Position numbers and translations under genes: made by a program
Shown here: positions 32,409 through 43,794 of the stretch, piece after piece
Numbering within the stretch: position 1 is the first letter of the stretch
Layout of the letters: every line of letters begins with the position of its first letter
Assembly (NCBI GenBank): GCA_965645245.1
Contig: OZ287087.1
Span: 558,001-622,000 of the forward strand
From: Massalongia carnosa
Taxonomy: Eukaryota
DNA length: 64,000 bases
Direction of reading: 5' to 3'
Notes under the pieces: model-generated
What the model saw: only the letters and a program-made list of their open reading frames with translations
What the model was told of the DNA's origin: nothing
Database searches by the model: none

Positions 32409-34726
32409 ATGCCACCTATTTCAGACCTTGTGCAGGTTTCAAAGCTCGAGACTCAATTCCACTCTGATCCGGAATATACGCAACACGTCCAGTACGTTTC
32501 TGGAAGTACGGCAAGACAAAGAAAAGTTTGCATGGAGGAAAAATGGATGAGAGAAAGGATGCTAGGAAGTGGCAGTTTCGGAATCGTCTGGTTAGAGCGG
32601 TGTATTCAAGGGAACAGTGAAGGGAAAGTACGAGCTGTAAAGAAGGTCCGAAAACTTGAGTCCAGCGATTATTACAGAGAATTGGAAGCTATTGCTCTGT
32701 TTTCTCACAGCAATGTAAGTCTACTGCTGTTATTTTTTCACAATACACGTTTTCACACTTTAAGCTAACTTCAAGCTAGTACGAACGATGCTTTGTCAAG
32801 TCCTTCGGCTGGTATGATGATAGCGACAGCATATTCATTACTATGGAGTACCTTTCATATGGTGATTTGCACAAGTACCTCGGTTCACCGCTACCAGAGA
32901 AGGAAGGACAGCATATCGTTTTTCAGATTCTTGAAGGCTTACAATTCATGCATGATAAAGGGTTCGCTCACAGAGATTTAAAGCCAGCTGTAAGCCTAGC
33001 TACATGCATAAATAAATCAAAAACATTACCTAATACTCCAAGTAATACAGAACATACTAGTTGTGTGCAAAGGCCCAGATTGGTGGGTCAAGATCGCAGA
33101 CTTTGGAGTCAGCAAGCGGGCAACAGAGGGACTTACAGCATTGAGAACCCAAAGAGGCACACCTGCTTTTACGGCACCAGAAGTACTCGGCTTGATTCAA
33201 TCGAACGACGAATCAAATGATTCGTATACAAACGCTGTCGATATCTGGTCTCTAAGTGTTATCACATTCTTCATACTCACCGGCGAGATTCTTTTCAAAG
33301 ACCCGCGCCGTCTAGTTCAGTATGTTGCGGGCAACTTTAAATTTCCTTTGGATGTCTTGCTTGTAAAAAAAGTAAGCGGACAGGGATGCGACTTCTTAAA
33401 AAGCTCAATGGCGTCAAAGTCTGAGGATCGTCCAAGGGCTAATGAATGTTTACAACATTCGTGGTTGGATTTTCTTATAGAAGATGCGGCTCCCGACACT
33501 CCAAGGTATTACTTCTTATAGATGGAGACAGAAAATTATTATAATATCTTATAATAATAATATTGTAGTGTTGCTGATATCTTTGCAGAAAAATCAATGT
33601 TACAAAGCCAATGTCAACACCGCTGGACTGTTCAGATCCTGAGCCCTCTGCTAGTTGGACCACTCAAGACCCAATTTCGGCCTACGAGACGCATAGCTCT
33701 ACGGGCGTGCTTACTAAAAAGACTTTGTCTACTTCTAAGGAAGCAGTAGCACCTTCAAAATCAGAACGAGCGACTCAAATCTATTGGCATATGGCAAGCA
33801 TCCTCAAGGGTCATTGGGGCGGGATTTGGGCGGTGGCATTCTCGCCAGACGGGAAGCAGATCGCGTCCGCATCGGGGGACATGACGATCAGGCTCTGGGA
33901 CTCGGCCACGGGGGCTTCGCGGAACATCCTCAAGGGTCATTCGGGTAGGGTTGTGGCGGTGGCATTCTCGCCAGACGGGAAGCAGATCGCGTCCGCATCG
34001 GGGGACAGGACGATCAGGCTCTGGGACTCGGCCACGGGGGCTTCGCGCAACATCCTCAAGGGTCATTCGGGTAGGGTTGTGGCGGTGGCGTTCTCGCCAG
34101 ACGGGAAGCAGATCGCGTCCGCATCGGGGGACACGACGATCAGGCTCTGGGACTCGGCCACGGGGGCTTCGCGCAACACCCTCAAGGGTCATTCGGATTA
34201 TGTTAGCGCGGTGGCATTCTCGCCAGACGGGAAGCAGATCGCGTCCGCATCGGGGGACACGACGATCAGGCTCTGGGACTCGGCCACGGGGGCTTCGCGC
34301 AACATCCTCAAGGGTCATTCGGATTATGTTAGGGCGGTGGCATTCTCGCCAGACGGGAAGCAGATCGCGTCCGCATCGGGGGACACGACGATCAGGCTCT
34401 GGGACTCGGCCACGGGGGCTTCGCGCAACATCCTCAAGGGTCATTCGGATTATGTTAGGGCGGTGGCATTCTCGCCAGACGGGAAGCAGATCGCGTCCGC
34501 ATCGGGGGACACGACGATCAGGCTCTGGGACTCGGCCACGGGGGCTTCGCGCAACATCCTCAAGGGTCATTCGGATTATGTTAGCGCGGTGGCATTCTCG
34601 CCAGACGGGAAGCATATCGCGTCCGCATCGGGGGACACGACGATCAGGCTCTGGGACTCGGCCAGGGCTCGGCCACCGGGGCGGCGTAATAAGTTTTCCC
34701 AGTACCTAGAAAAGTTTTTCACATAG
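32409..34726 (+). CDS. Ser/Thr kinase-7xWD40 fusion, paralogue B (4 exons)
   Basis: Same exon structure and intact kinase motifs as paralogue A; WD40 variable residues differ. Confidence 0.9.
33803..34664 (+). repeat. 7 x 126-bp WD40-coding tandem repeat
   Basis: Near-identical units; every unit reads ASASGD. Confidence 0.97.
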
Positions 34727-36329
34727 AAAATTATTACGACTTCCTTCCCCACCCACCTCTATCGCCCTTTACGTCCTTATATACCATTTTAATCATTGGA
34801 TTATTAATTCCTGCTTCAAAGAATGTCGCTCTGCTTTGATTTCTAAGCTACTTCGAAACTCTTGTCCTGGAATGTACTTTGCTTTGAAATCCTAAGTCAC
34901 GGCGTATAACGACCTCGCGGTTAAATAAGCTTTACCATTAAGTTAACCGACCTATTAGCCTTGTAGGACGAAAAGGCACAAATCTGTAGTGAGAAACTTC
35001 AGTGCTTATTCTACTACATGTACGATAGGGGCACATTAATCAGAAATCGACCAGAGTATAAACGAAAAGAGAAAAAAAGAACCCTTCCAAAAACGCAGAA
35101 CGAAGAACGTAGCGTAACATTACTCTTCAGTAAAGACGTCACTACATCACAACCCAAATCCTGTTCCGCTGCCATCAAAACGAGACGAATGCACATCTCC
35201 GAAACAAAACAATAGCAATAACGGACGGAAAGAAGGCGTTTTCACCCTCTTTGCAATAATCTTACGAGAAATCATTACTAACTCCCTTGCCAGCGCGTTT
35301 TGCGTTTCTGTCATTTGCAAGCAAGTAAGTCATGACGAGTCTTCCCCGTCGAAAACGATTGCTTGACCAGCATGCATGTATGCTCAACGGGGGACTTGCA
35401 TAATAACTCACAGAAGATCGCAATGCGTAGATGTAAACTGCTTCAGGAAAGCTGTTGTCAGCGAGTCGTGAGTCGACCGCCTATGTACGAGTACATACTC
35501 TGCCAACGAGTTGTCGCGGGGGTTCACATAAATACTGCAACCTGAGTCCTTGGTTTATTTTAGCCGTCATCCATCTTAACTACTAATCAAGAATTTCCCC
35601 ACCTTGGCCTACACCCCGTTTTGTGTTCTAGCCAGCGACTCCGTAAAGCTAGCTAGATACCTAGATATTTCCCTCCCCAATCAACATAACTCGCGGTCGA
35701 CGAAAGCCAGACGTCTGGGAAAGTAAACGGGGCGCGACCTTCGGTACTAAAAGACCACCATGGTATGTACATAAGTAGAAACACTCCCTGATTCTTTTCC
35801 AGTGTAGTTGCTGGTGTTGGATTATCATTCGGAAAGCGGCCTGCGAAGTTGTGTACTTAGTTACATGGTTACTCTAGACTTCAGTGGGGCTTTGTGGGGG
35901 CTCCATGGCTCTGGGTTGAGAATGTATTTTTCAGGGTCTTGAAAAACGGGGTAATATTACATAGTTATGGATTTCTTAATGGGGCTGTGGGTTTCAGTAC
36001 CTCGTGATGAAATGTATCGTTCTGTTCATACTCAATCTCTCACTTCTAACCTCTCGTCTTCTCATTATTGATTGTTTATCGCTCACATTATTCATTATTC
36101 ACGGTTCAGTCATCAAGCTCTTGGGCACTGGGAGTGTTGAGTTCGTAGCTAAAAATGCAGTCGCTTGCGATGAATGATGATACAAGCTTCGACGAGAACG
36201 AATGCGTCGAGCTTTGTCGGCGTAATAGAACCAGTTCAGTTGGGATGGGACAGTGAGATATGTGGTGCCGTGGTGGATGATGAACGCACTGCTGGAAGAT
36301 AATTGGGCTTTGATAAAGAGTAAGACAAG

Positions 36330-36382
36330 GTTTTTTTATTTATTTATTCATCGAGTGTATACAACCTAAGTTTATGACAGTA
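36330..36382 (-). mobile_element. Possible 3'-end remnant of a fungal LINE
   Basis: Minus strand reads ...AGGTTGTATACACTCGATGAATAAATAAATAAAAAAAA, resembling a LINE terminus with an A-rich tail. No ORF support. Confidence 0.3.
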
Positions 36383-37929
36383 TGATAACTTCATGAATCT
36401 AATGATATTTATAAATATTGACAAAATCACCTCAGTGCATATGAAACCGATTTTTAATCATCTTAGTTCCACGTTAAAATGTAGAAATGAAAATGGGGGT
36501 GATCTCTAGCCAATATGGTGCCCTATGGGCTATCCGTGGGACGGTCCTAGGACCGTGTTGGTGGCAGGTTGTAGGCCTCCAATGCGCATATGAGCGTGGC
36601 CCTCCTAGGGGTAGGTAATCGTTCGATGTTCTGGAGGGTCCGATTACCGAAATAGCTCCTTCCCGGCAATATTTTTGGTGGTGTATAGGCTGCAGGCTAG
36701 GCAGAAGGCCACCGTTCCACGCCCGAGTTGATCGAAAATCGGTTATGTCCAGGTGGTTCGATAGGCGGGAAAATAGGCATATAGGAGGGTATAAGGCTTC
36801 GACCCCAGGAGGCCAGTCGGCAGGTGTATTCAAATAGAGTAGGCTAGAAATGGCTGTAGGAGTGGTCGCCGAAACGGATAATGGACGCTCTATCCAGGCG
36901 TGGGGTAGTACTAATAAGGGCCATCACCACCCCACCTTCCCTCCAAATTTGCCCTCTTTTTGGGTGGTTCTTAGGCCGTCTTCCGATTCTGTCGTCCTAT
37001 TTATTGTCCACCTCTATTCTCCCGTCCACCTCCAGTCTCCTCAATCTCCACCTTCCCCTCAGTCGGTCTATTGGGAGGTAGCTGAAAAGACGTCCGGTTG
37101 CACTCCACTCCATTTTCAGAGGTCCTCTAGGGGGTCACTACTCCCCTACAAAGACGGTGTGTTTGGTGACACCCATAACTCTAGTTTAGTTTTGCTCCAC
37201 CTAATTATCCAGTTATATATCGCCTGGAGCTCAGTTATAGTCCTCCTATTTCATCTTTATCATTTTACCGAAGATTCTTCGCTTCGAGTATAAATATGAG
37301 TTGTTTGACTGCATAGGCAGTCAGATAACTAAACAAGTCAGCTATAGAGCCTATACGAATGCATCAATCAACCGAAAAATATAGACCGATATCATCACCG
37401 TCCAGGCAGTGATCTAAAAGACTTTCATTATTTATAAACCTCAGACGATCGAAAATCGATCATATAGCAGATATTAGCCACCCGGGCGAGTCCCGAAGGA
37501 TCCTCGGAGTGTTTCTAGCCAGGATCATGTAGAGAGAGGTATCTGCTGTCGTTGGCCGCATACTCAAGTAAAATGTGGAGAAATGTGGACCCTACGTAAG
37601 AGTGAATAGAATGGGGAGCGAGGTCAAATCATGATTGCGTGAGTACAAACCGACACAGGACTTGGAGCCACCTTTGTCAGATTATTTGAAATTGGTCAGC
37701 GATATGATCGAAGTAGAAGAGCCGTAGCGCGGGTGACAGCCACGACAAAGTTCAATATGCACGATCAGGTCGCGCGGTCAGCCCGCGTCGTTTTTGCAAC
37801 GCCAATTAAGCCGCATAGAAATAACCATTTATGAAGATGTCACTCCTCAAAGCACCCTCCTTTCCTTCTTTCGCCTCGTTTTCTCCCTCCGATGTTCACA
37901 GGCTTCCACATCCACTACGGTGTCATCCT

Positions 37930-40700
37930 CATCTCGGAAAGGTCTGCAGTCTTAAATAGACGAAAACAGCTCGCTCTTATCGATGAGCAGTCTTATCACA
38001 TCTTGATGACCGCCGGTAGAGGTGGCTTGAAGGCGCTACCGTAATGCCCCAGCTTTGCGTCGGCGTCCACTCCTCTCTTCAACAGCAATCGCACAACAGT
38101 CTCGTGACCGCCAGCGGAGGCAGCCTGCAATACGTGCATCTTCAGACCCTGTCTTCGCATCATCTTTCAGCAACAGGCGAATCACGACAGCGTGACTATG
38201 GTTCATAGCTGTTTGTAATGCTTTTCTAGATTCGACTTTCGAGAAGTTTATCTTTATCCTTTTCTATGTTAGCTGTCGCATCAGTTCCTCGCTATCAAGT
38301 AATGCTATCATTTGCAGAAAGATGTTATAATTGCCGATTTTCTTGTCAGCGTCGATAATATCTGTTTGAATCCTTGAGCTGTGAAGAGTATGAAAGTAAG
38401 GCCTCATTGGATCTCAGAGGACTACGCATTTGATATTTGAACTTGTTGAGTTAATGAGAAGCAATTTCTCCGACTCAATGAACTCGCGCTGGAATTGCGA
38501 AACATCATTTAGGTTCATGATTGAATTCAGTGTGAATGAATATTCTTTTCCTAACATCTTTTTCTTGAGCATCAATATTCGTCAAAGTATAAAGCTTCAG
38601 TCTTCTGATACTTGCCGTGATTTCTCAGCATTTCCGTCATAGTTTTCATGCCCGCTAATGCGTCAAGATGCTCTGAGCCCAGCGGCCTGTCCATCACTAC
38701 TAATATCTATCAATACATCACCTTCGCCTCCTCGTCCTTATCCTGCTGGCTCAACATCACTGTCGAATTTTTCATGCTCGTCAGTGTGGACGGATGCTCT
38801 TTGTCCAATACCCGCTGCATTACCGCCAGGGCTTGTGAATACATCGCCTTTGCCCGTTTGTGCTGGCCCTGACCATTGAACAAGAACGCCAGATTGGCTA
38901 TACTGGTTGAAGTACCGGGATGCTCCTCGCCCAGCACCCGCCTTCTAATCTGAAATATTGTCTTATTTAGCGCCTCCGCCACAACCCATCATTCTTGTAA
39001 CCGATAGATCGACGTCATATTAGTCGTACTGTTTAGTGTATCTGGATGCTTCTCGTCCAGTACCGTCTCTAGTGCTCTCTCATTTAGCGCCTTCGCCTCA
39101 GTCATCGTTCTTATAGATTGATTAGCGTATCTGAATGCTCCTCGTGCAGTAGATGTCTTCTAGTTTGTAGCATTCTCTCCTCCAACAGCTTCACCTAATC
39201 CCATCGACTTTAATTCCAGTAAGCTGATGCCAGATTAGTCATACTACGGAACGTGTCCGGATGCCCTTCGCCTGATATCATCATTCTTGCTTGCAAACTT
39301 GTCTGAGTCATCTCCTCTGCTTTACGGAATCAAGTTGTTCGTTAGAGTACTACGAGGCACGGAACAGTATCATACCCCACTATTCAAGAAAGCTCGAGCG
39401 CTCTATTCGATATGGCAGCATGGCTTTCATGTGAGGAAACAAGATCTAGCACTACTTTCAGTTCTCATATCGTCCGTCAGAAAATGCCTCCACTATCGTC
39501 TTGACGTACCTCTCCTGCTACTCTTCTAGTTCGTCATGCAACTAGAGTCAATTTTGTTGACAACTGCACGAGCCGATACATCTTGAACATATCTTGCGCA
39601 TTCATTCTGATTAAGAAACCTCGAAGCATATCTACATCATCCTTAAAGTTGAAGTCGTCGCTCTTGACGTCGTCCTGATAGTCGTCAAGGAGACTCTCGG
39701 GATTTCTTGCAGTCAAAGCAGCTCATAAAGACGAGTAATCGCGCAACCGATGGCTGTGTTCGTCGAATATACTCAAATGAAATATGTCATGTCGTGGTAA
39801 TAGAATTCGAAGAATCTCTTTCTCGTCGCTGATCTCTTACGTCGCGCTGCAGAAGCCGCGTGCGCTCTCGATCGCCATGTCGCAGTTTCTCGAGATATCG
39901 TGACATGATCATCTGAGGATAACGTTGATTAATGAACGCCGCCGCTAGTGATTGCCAATGATATGCCGTTCGGATTCAGCATCAAGGCCTTCGCATCTTT
40001 CACGTTTGCTGGAACTATGAGCTTGTTACGAAGATGAACTCGTGCTGTGTTCGGATTCATCGATCTCACCTTGATAATATGCTATGTAGCCTCAGTTAGC
40101 TGATAAGCTATCTTGCTACGGGCTGCGAGAGATTATCAGCAAAGATACGTTAGCCGTCGGTAAACGGTACCTCGACAGTGACCGAGAGTCATGATCGACC
40201 TGGTCGTATTGGCCCTTCAATGGGGCACAAACTAAGTCTGTATCGTCCGCATTATCGATAATCAGCACTCATGGACCGTGTGTATCGAGCCAGTGGCTGA
40301 GAACCTCCAGAATGTTGGCATTCGCGTCATCCTAGCCCGGGGACTGTGTTATCTCTGGCAATAATTCGGAATCCTTCTTCCACACGCGTCGTCGAGCTCG
40401 TGTGCACCCAAAACATCCAAATATCTGAACGCTCGTCTCGGATCCGATAGGATCTGCTAGGCATCTTTGATCGCTAACTGGGACTTTCTACACATAGCGT
40501 CAGCTCAGATTCTCTATGTTTTGTGTCGGAATGAACATGTTCACCTAACGCCTCTTAATCCCATTAAATGTTACTTGCGAGGCGGAATCGTATCGTCGGC
40601 TCCAGAGCTGATCAAATTCATTTCGGTTTATAAAGTCAGGGTCGTGATAAAAGAATGCGATGAATGTAGAACGTGGTCATGATTGCGCTGTGGCTGTCGA
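37930..40700 (-). pseudogene. Degraded NLR: NB-ARC + TPR + ankyrin repeats
   Basis: Manual translation: KSQLA, IWMFWVH, VLIIDNADD (40240-40490); TPR VLGEEHPGTSTSIANLA and VLDKEHPSTLTSM (38710-39300); ankyrin LQAASAGGHETVVRLLL and TGGHQDVIRLLID (37970-38220). Many stops and frameshifts. Confidence 0.75.
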
Positions 40701-43700
40701 GGATGTTAGCGACGGGATCTAAGGTCGTGTTAAAAAGTCTCTTACTATTGAAAGTGTTACGAATCATTCCGTATTTGTGCCAACATGCGAACTATGACTG
40801 ATTGCATGTATGAGCTTGAGAATTTTCAGGAAAGAAATAACATCAAGATGAATGATTCAGATGAAGAGTCTTTGGGCGAGGTATCTCCTCAACTTCGCAT
40901 TGAGCTAACGCGAGATCGGCTTTAGGTCGAAGGTCTCGACTCATGGACAAGAGATCGAGACACAATAGAGCAGGCCACACGGCACTGATGAATACGCCAT
41001 GAGGGAGAGGGACGCAAAAGAATGTGGTGAAAGCAGGGATTATCGGTCTCGGGCGCTTCTTATAGAGATGTCCCTAATTAAGTGCACGCTTAGCTCCGTA
41101 TGATCCTTTCCTTTCGACAAGACCAGTCATGTGACCATATACGCACAAGGCTACATACTGCCTCGCACTGCTCTTCTTCAGTCATACTTCATTCAGCGGC
41201 TATATTCTCATGTCAGACGTCATGATATGTTACGAGGATGATTTCTCGGTTAGGTTTTACTTGTGTCTTCGCGAATTTGCGAGACGGGAAAACAGCAAAG
41301 CTAGAACAGAGAGCTATCGAGTTGATTGGCCGAACTTTAAACTGTAAAAAAGCGGGCGCATTACGAAGTGCCAAATGTTGGTGTTTACGGTTGAAAAAAA
41401 AATTCCCGAGGTGCACCCTCGGGAGCTTACCCCGAAGTGGGTAAGTGAGGGGCTGAACCCTTGATTCTTACCTATTCTAGGAAGGGGGTGTCCGTGTATC
41501 ACTGGGGGGTGTCCAGGTAACCTCAGGGGGTGTCCAGGTAGCCAAAGGGGTGTCCACGTATCCGTACTCTCTTTTTACCTTCTATGTACGAAGTACCTTC
41601 TTTCGCAACCTCTTTCACAGTTTCTCCGCAATCGAATTGCAACGTGATAAGTTGAAAAAATCATGATTTGCTTGATGGTTTTGATTAAAATCATGATAAG
41701 AGTTTCAAAGGGGTTGCGAAAGTAGGTTCATACTATAATCGTCTCAAATTTTTTGCGCCCGCATGTTTTAAAGTTCAAAGCTCGCATTTTTCAAAGTGTA
41801 AGCAAGTCCTCTCGAAGTATAATCAACAAGAATGAATTCATCGCCTCATGTGACGGTTATTAAACCATCTATCTACCTTCCAAAAAAACAAAAACTGCCT
41901 TCGTCAAAGTCTCCGACAGAAGATACTAAGAACCGATAGCAAGCCCTGCGAAAATCAAAAGCCGCTTTTCCGGGGTTTATCGCTACGCTCCTCTTCCAGC
42001 TGCTCAGCTGCATAGTTAAGACTTCTGAAGAAACGTTTTGAGTTATGTACATACTAGCGTGGTGATTCATCGAGGTTTACACGATGAGTGACCTGATGGA
42101 AAAAGCTCATGGTATATGCTGATCGGGAAATAAGGCTTCATCGGAGTTACATATATTGGCAATGATTGACATTTGAGGGTAAGTTAATTCCATCGATGTG
42201 GATTAATTACTAGTCTCAGTATATTAAAGTCGCCATATTCAATCTAAAAGATTGATTATCTCTCAATGCCTCGTCCTTTGGGCAACCCTTATAATCGGGC
42301 CTCCGATGAAGTCGCAGATAGAGAGAGGCCCTGTCGAACTATGTACTCGTACTATGTATTAGTAGCTATAGGGCAGAGTAAACTTGAACCTTCAGATGAA
42401 TGATGCTACCGTACACAATAACGGTTAACTAATCACCAATTGACAACCATGACCATTTCAAGACATGACACCGAAGCTGAGAAAGCCAGAGCTGGACTAA
42501 CGATCGACAAATTATACATCAAGGGGCGTTCGGGTACCAATAACTAAACATCTGTGACTGAAAGCAGTAAAGAATCCCGAGTAGATGCTCTCTGATGTCC
42601 GAAGTGGGGGCACGGTGTGGGAAAGATTGCTTCTCAGTGAGGTCGTCGTCAACGGAAGGAGAAGTGTTAGGATCTTGTTCTGGACGTTGATGGATGGACT
42701 GCGTGGATGGACTGTCAGCTGGGGATTAGAGCAGTCATGTACATAATAGTTGACATGCACTCGCGCGTCTTCGTGCCTCGCTTGGTGACCTAGCGCGCCG
42801 TGGGTTATGCTTGGTTGGTCTCTGTTGTTTTTCTTTTTTCTTCGTAGTTAGTTGAAGTCTATTGTAATAGCTACTGGATGTAATTAGATTCAGCTGCCTT
42901 GCATAATAACCCTATATACTGATCCTATCACGTCTGTACATCTGTTAGATTTTGTATTGTAATTTGATTAAGACTGTCTTTCACTATTTTAACAATAGAT
43001 CACATATACCATCTTGGCACTAGGCCACGCGGGTAACTATAATAAGGTTCAGCCCGAGCTGACATAGTTCTCCCGACTTTCTACCATTAAACACCTTCTC
43101 CTGGCACCACCTCTTCTGGCTGGCTTCCATGGGGAGTCGGGGGTTGGGCCCTTGGGGCTCGACCTCGTCCTCGATTGTCAAAACATAAATAACCAGAAAG
43201 GATATAATGAAGGAAAAAATAAGGAGGCGGGGGGGGGGCTAGAATTGATCACCTTGGTGCATGATACAAATATTTAGAAGGGATAGTTCATTTGTTCACC
43301 ACCAACTCCAAAATGCACGCTAGGCCCAAACGGGCAGTCACCAGCTGCCTGACACATTCTGGTTTGGCCTCCTAGCCTGAAGACCAACATTCCTGTCTGT
43401 TCAAGCCAGCTAGATCATATCTGACGTAATGTGCGAATGCCCTCGCGTATTTTACTGATATGGGAATAGTTACATCTGAGAATTTCTGGTATCTTCGATG
43501 CTTAGAAATTCAGGTCTATAGACGTTCGAGGAGAATCTCGAATGTTCTGTGATCAACATGTATATAACATCACTCTTACGCATAGCTTAGAGATTAGTCG
43601 CAATAATCTGAATTATTTCATTCTAGAAGTTCTATACTATCCAGAGACTTCTGGCACTCTGCCACCTATTTTCTGTGCATTGGGTCCATCATTCTCCATC

Positions 43701-43794
43701 CATCCCTCCTATTTTAAACAGGTTATGAGCCCGGTTAGCCTATAGTGCTGCCGAGTGATTTTCTTGTGTCAGTTTCGAGGTTATACATAACGAG

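Noticed and set aside
35200..37900. Short ORFs and a possible decayed gene or TE
   Set aside because: No recognisable motifs, termini or TSDs beyond a weak LINE-tail-like stretch.
41400..41570. Three to four copies of GGGGTGTCC(A/G) suggesting a MITE or transposon subterminus
   Set aside because: No matching opposite end or TSD found.
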